Of a stretch of DNA of 64,000 nt, positions 37,973 to 48,946 are shown one piece after another; the stretch's first letter is position 1; each line of letters starts with the position of its first letter. Both the position numbers and the translations under genes were made by a program. The notes beneath the pieces are model-generated. The model saw nothing but the letters and a program-made list of their open reading frames with translations, ran no database searches and was not told the origin of the DNA. Location: the NCBI GenBank assembly GCA_965262115.1, contig OZ253496.1, forward strand, positions 864,001-928,000. Direction: 5' to 3'. The stretch comes from Nitrospinales bacterium (GTDB lineage: Bacteria; Nitrospinota; Nitrospinia; Nitrospinales; VA-1).

Positions 37973-39742
37973 TTAGCGTTTTTGATGAAGATTATTCATA
38001 GGCAGGCTGAAGTGAAATGTAGCACCATGACCGAGCTGGCTATCGACCCCGATACTTCCCTGATGTTCTTCGACAATTCTCTGGGCAATGGCCAACCCCA
38101 ACCCGGAACTGCTTTCACCTGCAGTGGGGCGAGCGCTTAATTTTTGAAAATGCTGGAATAACTGTCCTTGCTCATCCGCGGAAATCCCCGGCCCTTCATC
38201 CTTTACGCTTAAAGTCATGGTTTCCCCATGCGACACCAGTTTGACAAAAACCTCTTTATCAGGCGGCGAATACTTCACTGCGTTGCTGAGAAGGTTATCC
38301 ACCACCTGCCCGATTCGGTTTGCATCAAAATAAAATTCAGGAACCTCTTCAAAATCCGCATGGAGCCTGATATTTTTTTTGTCCGCCAAAATCTGTTGCA
38401 GATGAATCTTCTCTTCTGCAAGTTTTTTTATGGATGACTTTTCGGGATTCAATTTCAACTGGCCGCTTTCGATCACCGAGATATCCAGAAGGTTGCTGAT
38501 CAGTTCCAGCATATTTCCGCTGACATTTTTAATGGTTGTTAAAAACTCCTGCCGGGTATCTTCTTTGACTTGCGTTCCTTTATCTAAAAGAAACTTGGAA
38601 TAGCCGCGAATGGAAGCAAGAGGATTCCTGAGGTCATGCGATGCGATCCCGAGAAATTTATTTTTCAAATCGTTCACCTCAACAAGCTTCTCGTTCGCCA
38701 GAGTCAGTTCTTCCGTGCGAACCTGAACCTCTCTCTCCACAACGCGGGTCCGCGATGCCATCATCTCAATGATGATGGAAAGGAACAGAGCCCCTGAAAA
38801 GATAGCAACGCCCACCCAGAACGCGTTTAATGTTTGAGGACCGTCGCGAAACTCCCTGGTCGCCTGCCAAACCAGGAACCATCGACGATTGGAAACATTG
38901 ACCACGTTGGTGATGCTCATGGCCGGGTTCTTCAACGGACTACCATAAAGCAGGTTTCCCTCAACCAGTTCGCCTTCTTCATAAACGGTCAAGTTCATCC
39001 CTTTGGGAATATAAGGACTGACCATTTGGTCAATCATGTCCTGCACCCGGTATATGCCCAGCACAAAACCTTTTAGATGCTCCCGCCGTTCTTCAGTGCG
39101 TTCCGCCCTTTTATTATAGAAGGGAGCCAGGATGATGAGATCCGATTGCGAGTGGGCATTGGGAACCGGGCCAAACCGCGAAGCCGCAACCGCCCTGCCC
39201 GAATCTCTGGCAGCATTGGCAAGCTGTAACAATTGTGGATCGGAGGCCAGGTCAAACCCCAGCGTCTGTTCATTGCCGGGAAGCGGCTCCGAATAATGCA
39301 CCGGAAAATATTCCTGCTTCGCCTCGGAAGGGCCGGAAGATCCAAAGATATGAAACTCGGCATATCCCACAGAACGGGTAATGCCTTCGAACCCTTCCCT
39401 TTCAGAGTGGTCAATGCGCGGAACCCACTCAAACGCCTGAATGAAAGGATGATTCCCTAAAAGGGGCTGAACATAAACTCCAAACTCTTCCCGGCTTACA
39501 AACTCCGAAGAACGGTAAAGAGAAACGATGCCGCCCAATTCCCTTTTCACCACTTCAAGTTCACCGGTCAAAATAAGGGTGTCTTCCAGCACCTCTTGTT
39601 CCAGTTCATCAAACCAGACTTTCTGAGCCCGGTCGCGGACAATGCCCCAACTCATCACAGCCAGAATCAATCCCGCTATCAGTACACCTCTGGTCTGGCT
39701 TGCCAATGATCTCATTCCATCTTTCTCTGAAATTGTAAACAT
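37973..39742 (-). CDS. CHASE-domain sensor histidine kinase
   Basis: TM-CHASE (YFPVHYSEPL.GN..LGFDL)-TM, ASHDLRNPL, NAVKYS, DEGPG and GLGLAI. Confidence 0.92.
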   Translation of the reverse strand: MFTISEKDGMRSLASQTRGVLIAGLILAVMSWGIVRDRAQKVWFDELEQEVLEDTLILTGELEVVKRELGGIVSLYRSSEFVSREEFGVYVQPLLGNHPFIQAFEWVPRIDHSEREGFEGITRSVGYAEFHIFGSSGPSEAKQEYFPVHYSEPLPGNEQTLGFDLASDPQLLQLANAARDSGRAVAASRFGPVPNAHSQSDLIILAPFYNKRAERTEERREHLKGFVLGIYRVQDMIDQMVSPYIPKGMNLTVYEEGELVEGNLLYGSPLKNPAMSITNVVNVSNRRWFLVWQATREFRDGPQTLNAFWVGVAIFSGALFLSIIIEMMASRTRVVEREVQVRTEELTLANEKLVEVNDLKNKFLGIASHDLRNPLASIRGYSKFLLDKGTQVKEDTRQEFLTTIKNVSGNMLELISNLLDISVIESGQLKLNPEKSSIKKLAEEKIHLQQILADKKNIRLHADFEEVPEFYFDANRIGQVVDNLLSNAVKYSPPDKEVFVKLVSHGETMTLSVKDEGPGISADEQGQLFQHFQKLSARPTAGESSSGLGLAIAQRIVEEHQGSIGVDSQLGHGATFHFSLPMNNLHQKR

Positions 39743-39898
39743 GATCAGTTTATCATTTTTTTCTTAAAATTAACGCCACCCGGCCGCAGCGTGATGCTGG
39801 ACTCAAATTGTAATAACTCTTTCCGGTTAACAAAGAGCTGGCTCGGCTTAAAAAACTTTATTATATTCCTTCTCACGGGAGTGAGCTACAATCATAAA

Positions 39899-41269
39899 AT
39901 GACCAACGAATTAATATTTGTAGTCGATGACGATGCCCCGCTAAGAGGCTTGATGAAAGCACTTCTGGAAGACCAAGGCTACACAGTGCGGGATTTCGAA
40001 AGCGGTCACGCCTTGCTCGACTCGTTGGACGACAGCCCTTCTCTGATCCTGCTTGACGTGATGATGCCTGGGCTTGATGGGGTGGAAACCTTGAAGCGGA
40101 TCAAAGCCGCGCGTCCGGACCTGCCGGTCATTATGCTGACCAGTGTTGACAAGGTGGAAACTGCGGTGGAAGTCATTAAACAGGGCGCTTACGATTATTT
40201 ATTGAAGCCTGTTGACGAGCCTCGCCTGTTCACCTGCCTGGATAAAGCTTTTGAACAAAGAAATCTTGTTCGCAAGGTCAACCACCTGCAAGGCGAAGTG
40301 GACCGTCTATCCGGCAAATATGGCATCATCGGAAAAAGCAAGACGCTCAATGAAACACTGAAAAAAGTTCATCAGGTCTCTGCCAGCAAAGCTGGTGTCC
40401 TCATCCTTGGGGAAACCGGAACCGGCAAGGAACTCATTGCCCGCGCCGTCCACCGAAACAGTTCCTACGCCACCGGGCCTTTTGTCGACATCAATTGTGG
40501 AGCTATCCCTGAAACGCTTCAGGAAAGCGAATTATTCGGCCATAAAAAAGGCGCTTTCACTGGTGCCATCGAGTCCCGTGTGGGAAAACTGGAACTGGCG
40601 AATGGGGGTACTCTGTTTCTCGATGAAGTGGCGGAAATGAGCCCCGCCACTCAGGCAAAACTTCTGCGTTTTCTACAGAAAAAAAGTTTTGAACGCGTCG
40701 GTGACAACCAGAAAATCCAAGTCGATACCCGTGTGGTCTGTGCGACCAACAAGAATCTTAAGACTTTAATCGACAAAGGAAGCTTTCGCGAAGACCTTTA
40801 TTATCGGATCGCCGTTTTCCCCATCGAAGTTCCCGCGCTTCGTGACCGGGTGGAGGACATTCCCCTGCTCTGCACCCACTTCCTCAAAAAATATCAGGAA
40901 GAGGTTGGCAAGGACGTTCTGTCGGTCAGCGATGAAGCCATGCAGATTTTGCAGGATTATTCATGGCCAGGAAATATCCGCCAATTGGAAAACACAATTT
41001 ACCAGTCCATGATCGTCACTTCCTACGACACCATAGATGCCGACTGCCTGCCGGAAGGAGTCTGCGACTCTTCAGCTCCTGCTAATGAGAAGATAAACGA
41101 AAAAGCTTCTTCCGGTTCCACAATCTTCACCCCCTACCATGATGTGGTCAAACAAACCTTGAAGCAGGCCCTGGAACAAACCGGTGGAAACATTCCCGGC
41201 GCGGCCAAGGCTTTGGGTATCAGCCGCAGCACGTTTTACCGCATGCTGAAAAAATACCAACTGAACTGA
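39899..41269 (+). CDS. NtrC-family sigma54-dependent response regulator
   Basis: Receiver domain (VVDDD, LLDVMMP), [14 protein letters not shown] and a Fis-type HTH. Confidence 0.95.
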   Translation: MTNELIFVVDDDAPLRGLMKALLEDQGYTVRDFESGHALLDSLDDSPSLILLDVMMPGLDGVETLKRIKAARPDLPVIMLTSVDKVETAVEVIKQGAYDYLLKPVDEPRLFTCLDKAFEQRNLVRKVNHLQGEVDRLSGKYGIIGKSKTLNETLKKVHQVSASKAGVLILGETGTGKELIARAVHRNSSYATGPFVDINCGAIPETLQESELFGHKKGAFTGAIESRVGKLELANGGTLFLDEVAEMSPATQAKLLRFLQKKSFERVGDNQKIQVDTRVVCATNKNLKTLIDKGSFREDLYYRIAVFPIEVPALRDRVEDIPLLCTHFLKKYQEEVGKDVLSVSDEAMQILQDYSWPGNIRQLENTIYQSMIVTSYDTIDADCLPEGVCDSSAPANEKINEKASSGSTIFTPYHDVVKQTLKQALEQTGGNIPGAAKALGISRSTFYRMLKKYQLN

Positions 41270-41426
41270 CATCATCCCATTCTGACCCTGACAAAATCCC
41301 GCAATGGGACGATCCTGTCCCGAAATGGCATTTGCTGACCCGGCCTTCCTCTTCCCTTCCCAACAACTATTTCCAAACTCCTTGTGAAATCATAAGTTAA
41401 GGATTTTATTTTTTTCTCGGCTATTC

Positions 41427-41442
41427 CGGCACAGGCTTTGCT
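41427..41442 (+). promoter_or_regulatory. sigma54 (-24/-12) promoter
   Basis: CGGCACAGGCTTTGCT matches GG-N10-GC; candidate enhancer repeats TCCCGCAATGGGAC and GTCCCGAAATGG lie at about 41297-41330. Confidence 0.75.
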
Positions 41443-41692
41443 CTCTATAAAGTTGAAAGACCAGAAAGGAAGGCACCTATGAAAAACTCAAACGCAAAGA
41501 TATCTCAACCTGTTGGCGCCGAATTGCAACACCTCGACCCGCACTCAGTCCTCGCTGAACGCAAACAGAGGCGTGCATGCATCCCGCGGATGCCTTCCCC
41601 GCTGGATACAGTTGGGACCGGGAGTGACCTCCTTTTCCCGGTCCCTCCCCTCAACGGGAAAAATTTATCAAGAAACATAGAGGGAAAACATC

Positions 41693-42508
41693 ATGAAAAA
41701 TTTTAACTTTGTGGCAATCACTACCGTAATTGCGCTGGCTTTGGCCGGCAATGCTCAGGCAAAAAAATCAAGTTATGAAGAAATACAGGTTTCCAATGGC
41801 GGGTCTATTTCAGGAAGCGTGGTGTTCAATGGCAACGTTCTCGACCCCATCCTGGAAGATTTGAGCAAAGGCAAAAATGCCGAGTTCTGCGCCACCCATC
41901 CCGACACCCTGGAAGGTGGAATCCGACCCCGGCAAAAGGTCATCGTTCATGATGGAAAACTTGAAAACGCAGTGGTATTGATCGAAAACATCAGCAAGGG
42001 GAAAGCCTGGTCGCAAGAAACTGTGAATTTTGATTTCCGGCAATGCGATATTTTCCCCAAGGTAACGGTCATCCGCAAATCCCCGAAAGGAACCAAGAAG
42101 GGATTAGTAAAGATCACCAACCAGGACGAAAATATCCTGCACAACCCGCACGGTTATTCCATCAAAGGTGCCAACAGGAAAACGCTGTTCAACAAACCGC
42201 TTCCGTCAAAAGGTTCTGTGGCCGATGTCACAAAATCTCTCAAACGGTTCAAACCGAAAAAGGATTCCCATTTCTTCCTGCAATGCGATCAGCACAGCTA
42301 TATGGAAGCTGATGCGCGAATTGTCTGGAATCCCTACTACACCGTAAGCAGCAAAGATGGTTCCTTCACGCTGGACCATATCCCAGCCGGAAAATACAGA
42401 GTCACAGCATGGCACCCCTATGTTGGGCAGGTGACTCAAGAGATCACGGTGGCAGAAGGAGCCAAGGCCAGCACCAACTTTGAATTAGCAGGCAAAAAAT
42501 CATTCTAA
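41693..42508 (+). CDS. exported protein with a cupredoxin-like copper motif inside a carboxypeptidase-regulatory-like domain
   Basis: Signal peptide, GGSISG, LHNPH..CDQHSYM and DGSFTL..IPAGKY.V.AWH. Confidence 0.75.
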   Translation: MKNFNFVAITTVIALALAGNAQAKKSSYEEIQVSNGGSISGSVVFNGNVLDPILEDLSKGKNAEFCATHPDTLEGGIRPRQKVIVHDGKLENAVVLIENISKGKAWSQETVNFDFRQCDIFPKVTVIRKSPKGTKKGLVKITNQDENILHNPHGYSIKGANRKTLFNKPLPSKGSVADVTKSLKRFKPKKDSHFFLQCDQHSYMEADARIVWNPYYTVSSKDGSFTLDHIPAGKYRVTAWHPYVGQVTQEITVAEGAKASTNFELAGKKSF

Positions 42509-42556
42509 CCGTGAAATTCCATGAACCATCATTATTTAGTAAGAGGAGAAAAGAAA

Positions 42557-42985
42557 ATGAAACGAATTATTATATTAACCGCAGTCAGTATGCTGTTGTT
42601 CACAACAGCCACCTGGGCGGCCAGTAACTGCCCACAGCTCCGAAAAACCAAATCGGCCCCTTCCAACATCGCGTCGATGGACAAGACCGCCAAAGCCGAT
42701 GCGGGAAAAGGAAAAAAGATCTATGAAAAAGGGGCCAAACCTCTGGCCTGTAAAATGTGCCATGGAGAAAGCGGCGACGGCATGGGCAAACTGGGCAAAG
42801 CGCTGAAACCCAACCCGCGCAACTTCACCTGTAGCACTACCATGAAAGATGTTTCTGCCGGACAAATGTTCTGGGTCATCAAAAACGGGTCAACCGGAAC
42901 CGGAATGGTCGCTCACAAAAAAACATTGAAGGATAAAGAGATTTGGGATGTGGTGAAATACATCCGCCAAACCTGGGTCCGTTAG
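42557..42985 (+). CDS. periplasmic monohaem cytochrome c
   Basis: Signal peptide, CKMCH, PRNF and GTGM axial Met. Confidence 0.9.
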   Translation: MKRIIILTAVSMLLFTTATWAASNCPQLRKTKSAPSNIASMDKTAKADAGKGKKIYEKGAKPLACKMCHGESGDGMGKLGKALKPNPRNFTCSTTMKDVSAGQMFWVIKNGSTGTGMVAHKKTLKDKEIWDVVKYIRQTWVR

Positions 42986-43107
42986 GCACGGGGCCAGCTT
43001 GCAATAGCATTATCAGCTAGCGAAGAGTTGTCTCGGCTTAAACAAACCATAGTAGTTTTTCAATAATTCCCCCTGACAAGGGGGATTAAGGGTGTTTGCT
43101 TTAAACA

Positions 43108-43146
43108 GAGGGTTCGTCCACTGTCAAGGGGACGAACCCTTTTTTT
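43108..43146 (+). terminator. rho-independent terminator
   Basis: AGGGTTCGTCC..GGACGAACCCT followed by a T run. Confidence 0.7.
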
Positions 43147-43409
43147 CGTGGAGCAGAACCATGAACCCCAAATCACCCCAGCCCTTGTGATATTTCTTCC
43201 TCAACTTTCATGCCCGGTACGGGTACTTTGAAAAAGAGTGGTCCATTGAAGCTCCCTCTTCTACGAAGAGGGTTGAGGAGATTTGCTTTTTGCCTCCTCT
43301 CCCTTCATAGGGAGGGACTGAGGGAGGGTTGGATTAAAAGTTGCGCGTTTAGGAAGGATCAAGCAGGTTCTTGACTATAACTTTGCCTCCCTCGCCAGAG
43401 GGCCGGTTT

Positions 43410-43940
43410 TTATTTTTGTTCGGCCTGAGGCGGGTTTAGTTTTTCCAGTTCATATTTTTCGATCAGGCCCTCCAGTTTCTTATTAAAAGCTTCCGACTGC
43501 GTGTGTTCCCTGCCCCATTCACTACCAATCACCCCCGCTTCGCGGCTGATGAGGGGCATCTTTTCCTTCCACTCATTCCAGAAAGGCGTCTCAAACATGG
43601 TGATGAGTTTTTTTACCGTCTCGTGCGACATATGCTTGTCATAAACCGGAATCACCCGGGTCACTAAATCATCCATTTCCTTCTTGCCGATCAGTTGATT
43701 GAACTCGCCCCAGAACGCTTCGGGAACATTGGGGAATGACCCCGTCACCATCATTGAGACATTGTTCAGGAGAGAGTCCTGCATATAATCCAACTGATCC
43801 AGAATGCCGGATACTTGCAACAACTTTTTAATATCCATTTCCTTTTCCGAAGATGTTTCGGGAAAAACCGGATTGGCGGCGGTGACCCACAGCAGAACAA
43901 GCAATATCACTGATGTTATTTTCTTTCGGTCAAACCCCAT
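43410..43940 (-). CDS. DUF2059 family exported protein
   Basis: Signal peptide; IPVYDKH..E....I..FETP....KMPL. Confidence 0.75.
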   Translation of the reverse strand: MGFDRKKITSVILLVLLWVTAANPVFPETSSEKEMDIKKLLQVSGILDQLDYMQDSLLNNVSMMVTGSFPNVPEAFWGEFNQLIGKKEMDDLVTRVIPVYDKHMSHETVKKLITMFETPFWNEWKEKMPLISREAGVIGSEWGREHTQSEAFNKKLEGLIEKYELEKLNPPQAEQK

Positions 43941-44219
43941 TCATATCTCCAACTGCTCAGCCTTTCTTAAGCTCTTGTAATGCGGAAATTGCCGCAAGCG
44001 CACCGGCATTAGGCAGTTCATATTCCTTGCCTGAATTTTTTGGTACAGGCAGCTTGCTAAAATCGTTTTCGGACATTGATCTTCTCCCCTGTTCGAAATT
44101 TGATGCCACAGACTACCACGGACACGAATTGCCGACACCAAATTTTTAGACCCTTGACGAAACGACAACCAGCAATTAGCCTAGTGTATTCAAATATCTT
44201 TCTCTATCAAAGCCTTGTT

Positions 44220-44885
44220 ATGAATGCGGAAAAATCCCGAGCTGAAAACTCTAAAAAAAGCCTGAAAAAAGCCGACTTCACCGGAGCCGATTTAAAAGAA
44301 GCAGATTTGAGTTCCGGGGTTCTGATTGAAGCGTGTTTAAAAGATGCCGATCTAAGCGAGGCCGACCTCTGTGATGCCGATATCAGTTCAGCCAACTTTG
44401 AGGGAGACCGACTCCACAGAACCCTGCTATATCGGTCCCGTTGCCGAGAGACCAATTTCACCCGGGCTGTTCTGACCCAGGCCAATCTGGTCGAGGCCAA
44501 TCTCATTGCCGCAAATTTCAGTCATGCAAACCTGAGCGAGTCAAATATCGAAGGGGCGGATTTGAAAAACGCTAAACTGATAGGCGCTAACCTCAGCAAC
44601 ACCAATATGACAGGAGTTTTTTTGTCTAACGCCGATCTTTCCGGTGCCGACTTCACCAACGCCGATCTCATTGCCGCTGACCTGACAAATACCGACCTCA
44701 CCAGCGCCAATTTTGAAAATACCTATTTGAATCACGCCGACCTTTCAGGAGCTAACCTCAAACAAACGAAAAATCTCACCCGCGACCAGATAGAGACCAC
44801 ATTTATCACCAGAGAAACCCTTTTGCCCGACACCCTGCCCATCGAATGGATTTCAGATACCGAATACGAGTTCGTAAATACCTGA
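44220..44885 (+). CDS. pentapeptide repeat protein
   Basis: Tandem A(D/N)L(S/T)x repeats. Confidence 0.9.
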   Translation: MNAEKSRAENSKKSLKKADFTGADLKEADLSSGVLIEACLKDADLSEADLCDADISSANFEGDRLHRTLLYRSRCRETNFTRAVLTQANLVEANLIAANFSHANLSESNIEGADLKNAKLIGANLSNTNMTGVFLSNADLSGADFTNADLIAADLTNTDLTSANFENTYLNHADLSGANLKQTKNLTRDQIETTFITRETLLPDTLPIEWISDTEYEFVNT

Positions 44886-44887
44886 AG

Positions 44888-45607
44888 TCACTTGGCTTTT
44901 ATTCTCTCCCAAACTTTCTGAGCCCTTTCCAGTTGCGAGAGGTCGTCAATTTCGGCCCAGTCCAACCCCTCCATCCTTAAAAAATAAACGGGGTATTCGC
45001 TTGCGACCCCAACCATGCAATCCATGTCATAACTGAGTTTGGGATTCGAGTCCGCAGTTTGTATCAGCCTGTCATAAAGTTGTTGGGAAATTTTTGCGAT
45101 GCCAATATACTCTCCGACAGAGCCTTTGATTTCATCCCGATTTTTTGATATCCCGGTCACGCGATTTTCAACCGCTTCCACATAAACCTCATCCCCCGCA
45201 TTCGTCGTTCCCGACAATAAAAGACAATCGCTGTGAGGTGCGTTTAAAATCCCGGTGATCGCCGCCGGATCGTAAATCAAGTCCGATTCCAGCAGAATAA
45301 AATCCGCATCGACAAAGTCCTTAGCGCACCCGAGTGAGCACATGGTCCCTGTCTCGGCAAATCTGGCATTTTCAACGGTGCTGATTTCGGGATAGGTTTC
45401 CCCAAGGTTCTCATAATACTCGCCCTTGTGCCCGGTAACGATCATGATTTCCCGGATTCCGCAGGCAATCAAGGCTTTCAAGGAATATTCAATGATGGGA
45501 CTGTCGCCAAGATGGATAAAGCCTTTAGGTATATCCTCACCCATTCCCTTTAGCCGCAATCCCATTCCAGCCGCAAGGATAACTGCCTTCGTGATCACTT
45601 GACTCAT
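44888..45607 (-). CDS. LicC-like phosphocholine/phosphonate cytidylyltransferase family protein
   Basis: AVILAAGMGLRL, PK, LLESDL and WAEIDD. Confidence 0.8.
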   Translation of the reverse strand: MSQVITKAVILAAGMGLRLKGMGEDIPKGFIHLGDSPIIEYSLKALIACGIREIMIVTGHKGEYYENLGETYPEISTVENARFAETGTMCSLGCAKDFVDADFILLESDLIYDPAAITGILNAPHSDCLLLSGTTNAGDEVYVEAVENRVTGISKNRDEIKGSVGEYIGIAKISQQLYDRLIQTADSNPKLSYDMDCMVGVASEYPVYFLRMEGLDWAEIDDLSQLERAQKVWERIKAK

Positions 45608-45626
45608 CTTATTCTATATACAGATA

Positions 45627-47615
45627 TCAAACCGGTTTTTGATCGGGTTCCTGACCAGACCCCAAATAGGTGATCGCCAAGTCCAATTGCAGGTGACTAC
45701 CAAAAAGAATAAGCATATCTCCGGGCAGAACGGAAAATTCAGAGCCCGGATTGGGGTGGGGTTTGTTTTTACGCACCACTGCAATAACTACCGCTCCGGT
45801 TCGCTCGGTAATATTTATATCTCCGAGCACCTTATCACGCACCCAGCTGCCTTGCAAAACCAGATAGGACTCGGTAAGAGTGGCCGTGAGGTAGGTGGAA
45901 AACTTTTTCAGGCTCTCAGTGTTTAAAGACAGTCCCCGGAACATGCTATAACCTTCCAGCCGAATCAATTCCACCTGTTGTTCAATAATATTATCAGGAA
46001 TACGGTAGTCGCGTAATACCCGCGAAAAAATTTCTATGGAAGTTTCAAATTCTTCCGGGATCACTTCATCGGCTCCGGCGGTTTTAAGTTCTTCAACTTG
46101 GGCAGTCAACCGGGTTCGAACCATAATCTTGACTTCGGGATTGATCTTTCTGGCAAGACGCACGGCTTTTTCTGTCACCGCGTAATCCGGGATCGAAAAC
46201 ACAATCATCCTTGCCTCTTTCAAACCCGCCCGGCTCAATGTTTCTTCCTGAGCACAATCGCCATAATGAGTGGTCATGCCTTCCGTCAAAGCGCGTTTAA
46301 CCTGCTCGCCATCCAGATCCAGAACCATGAAAGGAATCTGCGTTTCAAGAAGCACCTGGGCCAGGGTTCGGCCCCCAAGTCCATAGCCCACAATGATGAC
46401 ATGGCCTTTAAGCTCAGAATCCTGTTCGTGGTCCGAATCGGTTTCTGCAGATTTCCACTGGGAAAATATTCTCATGGAAAGTGCCGAGGAAGCCTGGATC
46501 AAAAAAGGCGCGAAAAGCATAGAAAGAATAGAAACAATGAGCAACAGTTGGTATTGATGAGAATCGAACAAACCCTGATCCAATGCCATCGCAGCAAGGA
46601 TAATGGAAAACTCCCCCACCTGTGCCAAACGCATCCCCACCACAAAAGAAATCCGCACAGGCACCCGCACCAGCAAACAAGCCAGACCTGCCAACCCCCC
46701 TTTAACCAGAACCACCAGAACAAAAAGTCCCAGGCAGCCCCAGACAGAATCCATCAGCACCTGCGTTTGCAGAAGCATGCCAACCGAAATGAAAAAAATA
46801 CTGCTGAAATAATCCCGTAGTGGAAGAATGTCGAGAATAATCTGGTGATTGTACTCGGACTCCGAAATAATCATTCCAGCAATCAAGGCACCCATCGCCA
46901 GGGTCAAACCCATTTTTTGCGATACCCAACCCGTAGCAAGAATGATAAACAGTACCGATAACGTGAGATGTTCTTTGTTGCCGACCCGGGCAATCCAGAT
47001 CAGAGTCTTCGGAACGATCAGCCTGGATAGAAAAAAAATCGCCACCACTGCTGTCAGCGACTTGACCATGGCAAGTGCAAAGTCCGCTCCGGAGTTGACT
47101 CCTGACTGGGCAAGAAGCGGCAGAAGAAGCATGATGGGGACCACACATAAATCCTGAAACAGGAGAGTGCCAATACAAAGCTTTCCGTGCAAGGTATCGA
47201 TCTCGGCACGGTCTGTAATCATTTTCAGGACAATGGCCGTACTACTCAAAGCAACGATCAACCCTAAAGCGATGCTCTGGTTTTGCTGAAACCCCATCTC
47301 CCTGAAAACAAACCAGATAAAAACCGTTGTCAGGCCCAGTTGCAGACCACCGACCCCCAAAACCGAAGCCAGGTTTTTCAGCAGGCGTCCGAGTGAAAAC
47401 TCCAGACCAATGACAAACAGAAGCAGGATCACCCCGATCTCCGCCAATTCCTTCACCGAAGCGACATCAGAGATCAGTTTTAATCCATACGGACCGATCA
47501 GAACCCCGGCAACGAGATAGCCCATGACCGAGGGCAGTTTAATTTTATGGAAAAGCAGGTTGATCGGAAGGGAAACCAGCAGGAGTACGGCTAAATCTTC
47601 AATCAAATGGACCAT
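45627..47615 (-). CDS. CPA2 cation:proton antiporter with TrkA-N/TrkA-C domains
   Basis: LSSTAIV, LFQD, LAQVGEF, HVIIVGYG and a C-terminal RCK-C domain. Confidence 0.92.
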   Translation of the reverse strand: MVHLIEDLAVLLLVSLPINLLFHKIKLPSVMGYLVAGVLIGPYGLKLISDVASVKELAEIGVILLLFVIGLEFSLGRLLKNLASVLGVGGLQLGLTTVFIWFVFREMGFQQNQSIALGLIVALSSTAIVLKMITDRAEIDTLHGKLCIGTLLFQDLCVVPIMLLLPLLAQSGVNSGADFALAMVKSLTAVVAIFFLSRLIVPKTLIWIARVGNKEHLTLSVLFIILATGWVSQKMGLTLAMGALIAGMIISESEYNHQIILDILPLRDYFSSIFFISVGMLLQTQVLMDSVWGCLGLFVLVVLVKGGLAGLACLLVRVPVRISFVVGMRLAQVGEFSIILAAMALDQGLFDSHQYQLLLIVSILSMLFAPFLIQASSALSMRIFSQWKSAETDSDHEQDSELKGHVIIVGYGLGGRTLAQVLLETQIPFMVLDLDGEQVKRALTEGMTTHYGDCAQEETLSRAGLKEARMIVFSIPDYAVTEKAVRLARKINPEVKIMVRTRLTAQVEELKTAGADEVIPEEFETSIEIFSRVLRDYRIPDNIIEQQVELIRLEGYSMFRGLSLNTESLKKFSTYLTATLTESYLVLQGSWVRDKVLGDINITERTGAVVIAVVRKNKPHPNPGSEFSVLPGDMLILFGSHLQLDLAITYLGSGQEPDQKPV

Positions 47616-47709
47616 GTATTCGCCAGAGTATGAAAAATAGTGAGGGCAACATCTCCTTTATATTATACGGGGATTCTTTTAAGGAAAGAAATGATATCAG
47701 GAAACGAGG

Positions 47710-47745
47710 AAGCCCCTGTTCCTCCTGACAGGAACAGGGGCTTTC
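47710..47745. terminator. hairpin, probable terminator
   Basis: AAGCCCCTGTTCCT..AGGAACAGGGGCTTT. Confidence 0.6.
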
Positions 47746-47814
47746 AAGTCAAGCAGAGGTCAAACAAACGGGAGACCTGGACGTATCCCGAATTTGAACC
47801 TGAAAATTTAATCT

Positions 47815-48045
47815 TTAATCGTTAGCAAAACGCAGAGCGAGGGCAAGGTCCTCCAACCCGTCCCTTTGCGCTATGGCTGCAATATTCGAATACGAGTCAC
47901 GCCGGTCGATGGACCGGGCTGTCATGGACGAAGCATCCAATCCTTCTCGAACCTTATTCACCAGATCCTCGAGAATGTACTGAAATCCTCCCTGATCCAA
48001 CGCGCATTCAACATTTCCCAAAAAATTGGCTGCCGGGTCTTTCAT
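47815..48045 (-). CDS. small hypothetical protein
   Basis: 76 aa with AAGGGGG RBS, a downstream hairpin and a long AT-rich upstream region. Confidence 0.7.
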   Translation of the reverse strand: MKDPAANFLGNVECALDQGGFQYILEDLVNKVREGLDASSMTARSIDRRDSYSNIAAIAQRDGLEDLALALRFAND

Positions 48046-48543
48046 GATCCGATCCCCCTTAAAAAATGGTTACGAAAATACCGTTTCCCCAGAAGAAAAA
48101 CTCTGCCCAACTAACCTATCGGCAATAAGGAAGGAATCTTAAGCCCGATCTGACCCCATAGAGGATTCAGGATGGGTGGGGGGTCGGCCTCGGAATTCCA
48201 GGGAAAAAACCCCGCAAATGTAACCGAAAACTCCAACTAATTTTTTAAGAATTCAATAACTATAAATAAATCAAATACTTTTGTCAATGAATTTCTAAAA
48301 TAAAATTTTCTAATTTTGACTTAAAAGTCTATTACCCCTTATTTATAAATAAGTTATAGATATATTTTTTAACCCTAAAAACCAAGGCACTAAAACTATA
48401 ACTATTTGATTTTTAATCTTTTATTTATTTTTATGGGTGGGACGGCCTAATAAAGGCCTATTTAGACTATTAAATTAGTGGAGGGGGGGATTATGAAAAT
48501 AGAGCTGGATGGCCGCCCACTCTAAGGCAGACACAAAACCGTT

Positions 48544-48915
48544 TCATAATTCAAAATAGCTGGCACCACAACCTTCCATCTCGCAGATTTCCACCCGTTT
48601 CACACGGATAGTGTTCGAACTGACCTGTTCCTTGAGCTTGAGGAACAACCAGCGGGCAATGTTTTCCGCAGAAGGGTTTTGCTCGTCAAAGGGGGGAATT
48701 TCGTTGATATTTTGATAATCCAGTTTGCCTAGAATCTCTTCCACCATCTGTTTTAATTTTACAAAATCGATACCAACTCCCATAGCGTCCAGTTCATCGG
48801 CCTCGACCGTGACCTGGGCTGACCAGTTATGGCCGTGGAGATTTTCGTATTTGCCGTCATACAGCCTGAGTTGATGGGCGGCTGAAAAGCCGGTCTTAAC
48901 GGTTACCTCATACAT
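48544..48915 (-). CDS. queD: 6-carboxy-5,6,7,8-tetrahydropterin synthase
   Basis: FSAAH, LHGHNW, IDF and PSAENIA. Confidence 0.85.
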   Translation of the reverse strand: MYEVTVKTGFSAAHQLRLYDGKYENLHGHNWSAQVTVEADELDAMGVGIDFVKLKQMVEEILGKLDYQNINEIPPFDEQNPSAENIARWLFLKLKEQVSSNTIRVKRVEICEMEGCGASYFEL

Positions 48916-48946
48916 ATTTGACCCCCACTAAATATTTAATAGACAC

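Noticed and set aside
48230..48480. AT-rich tract as a replication origin
   Set aside because: No DnaA-box cluster or origin-associated genes; more likely promoter DNA
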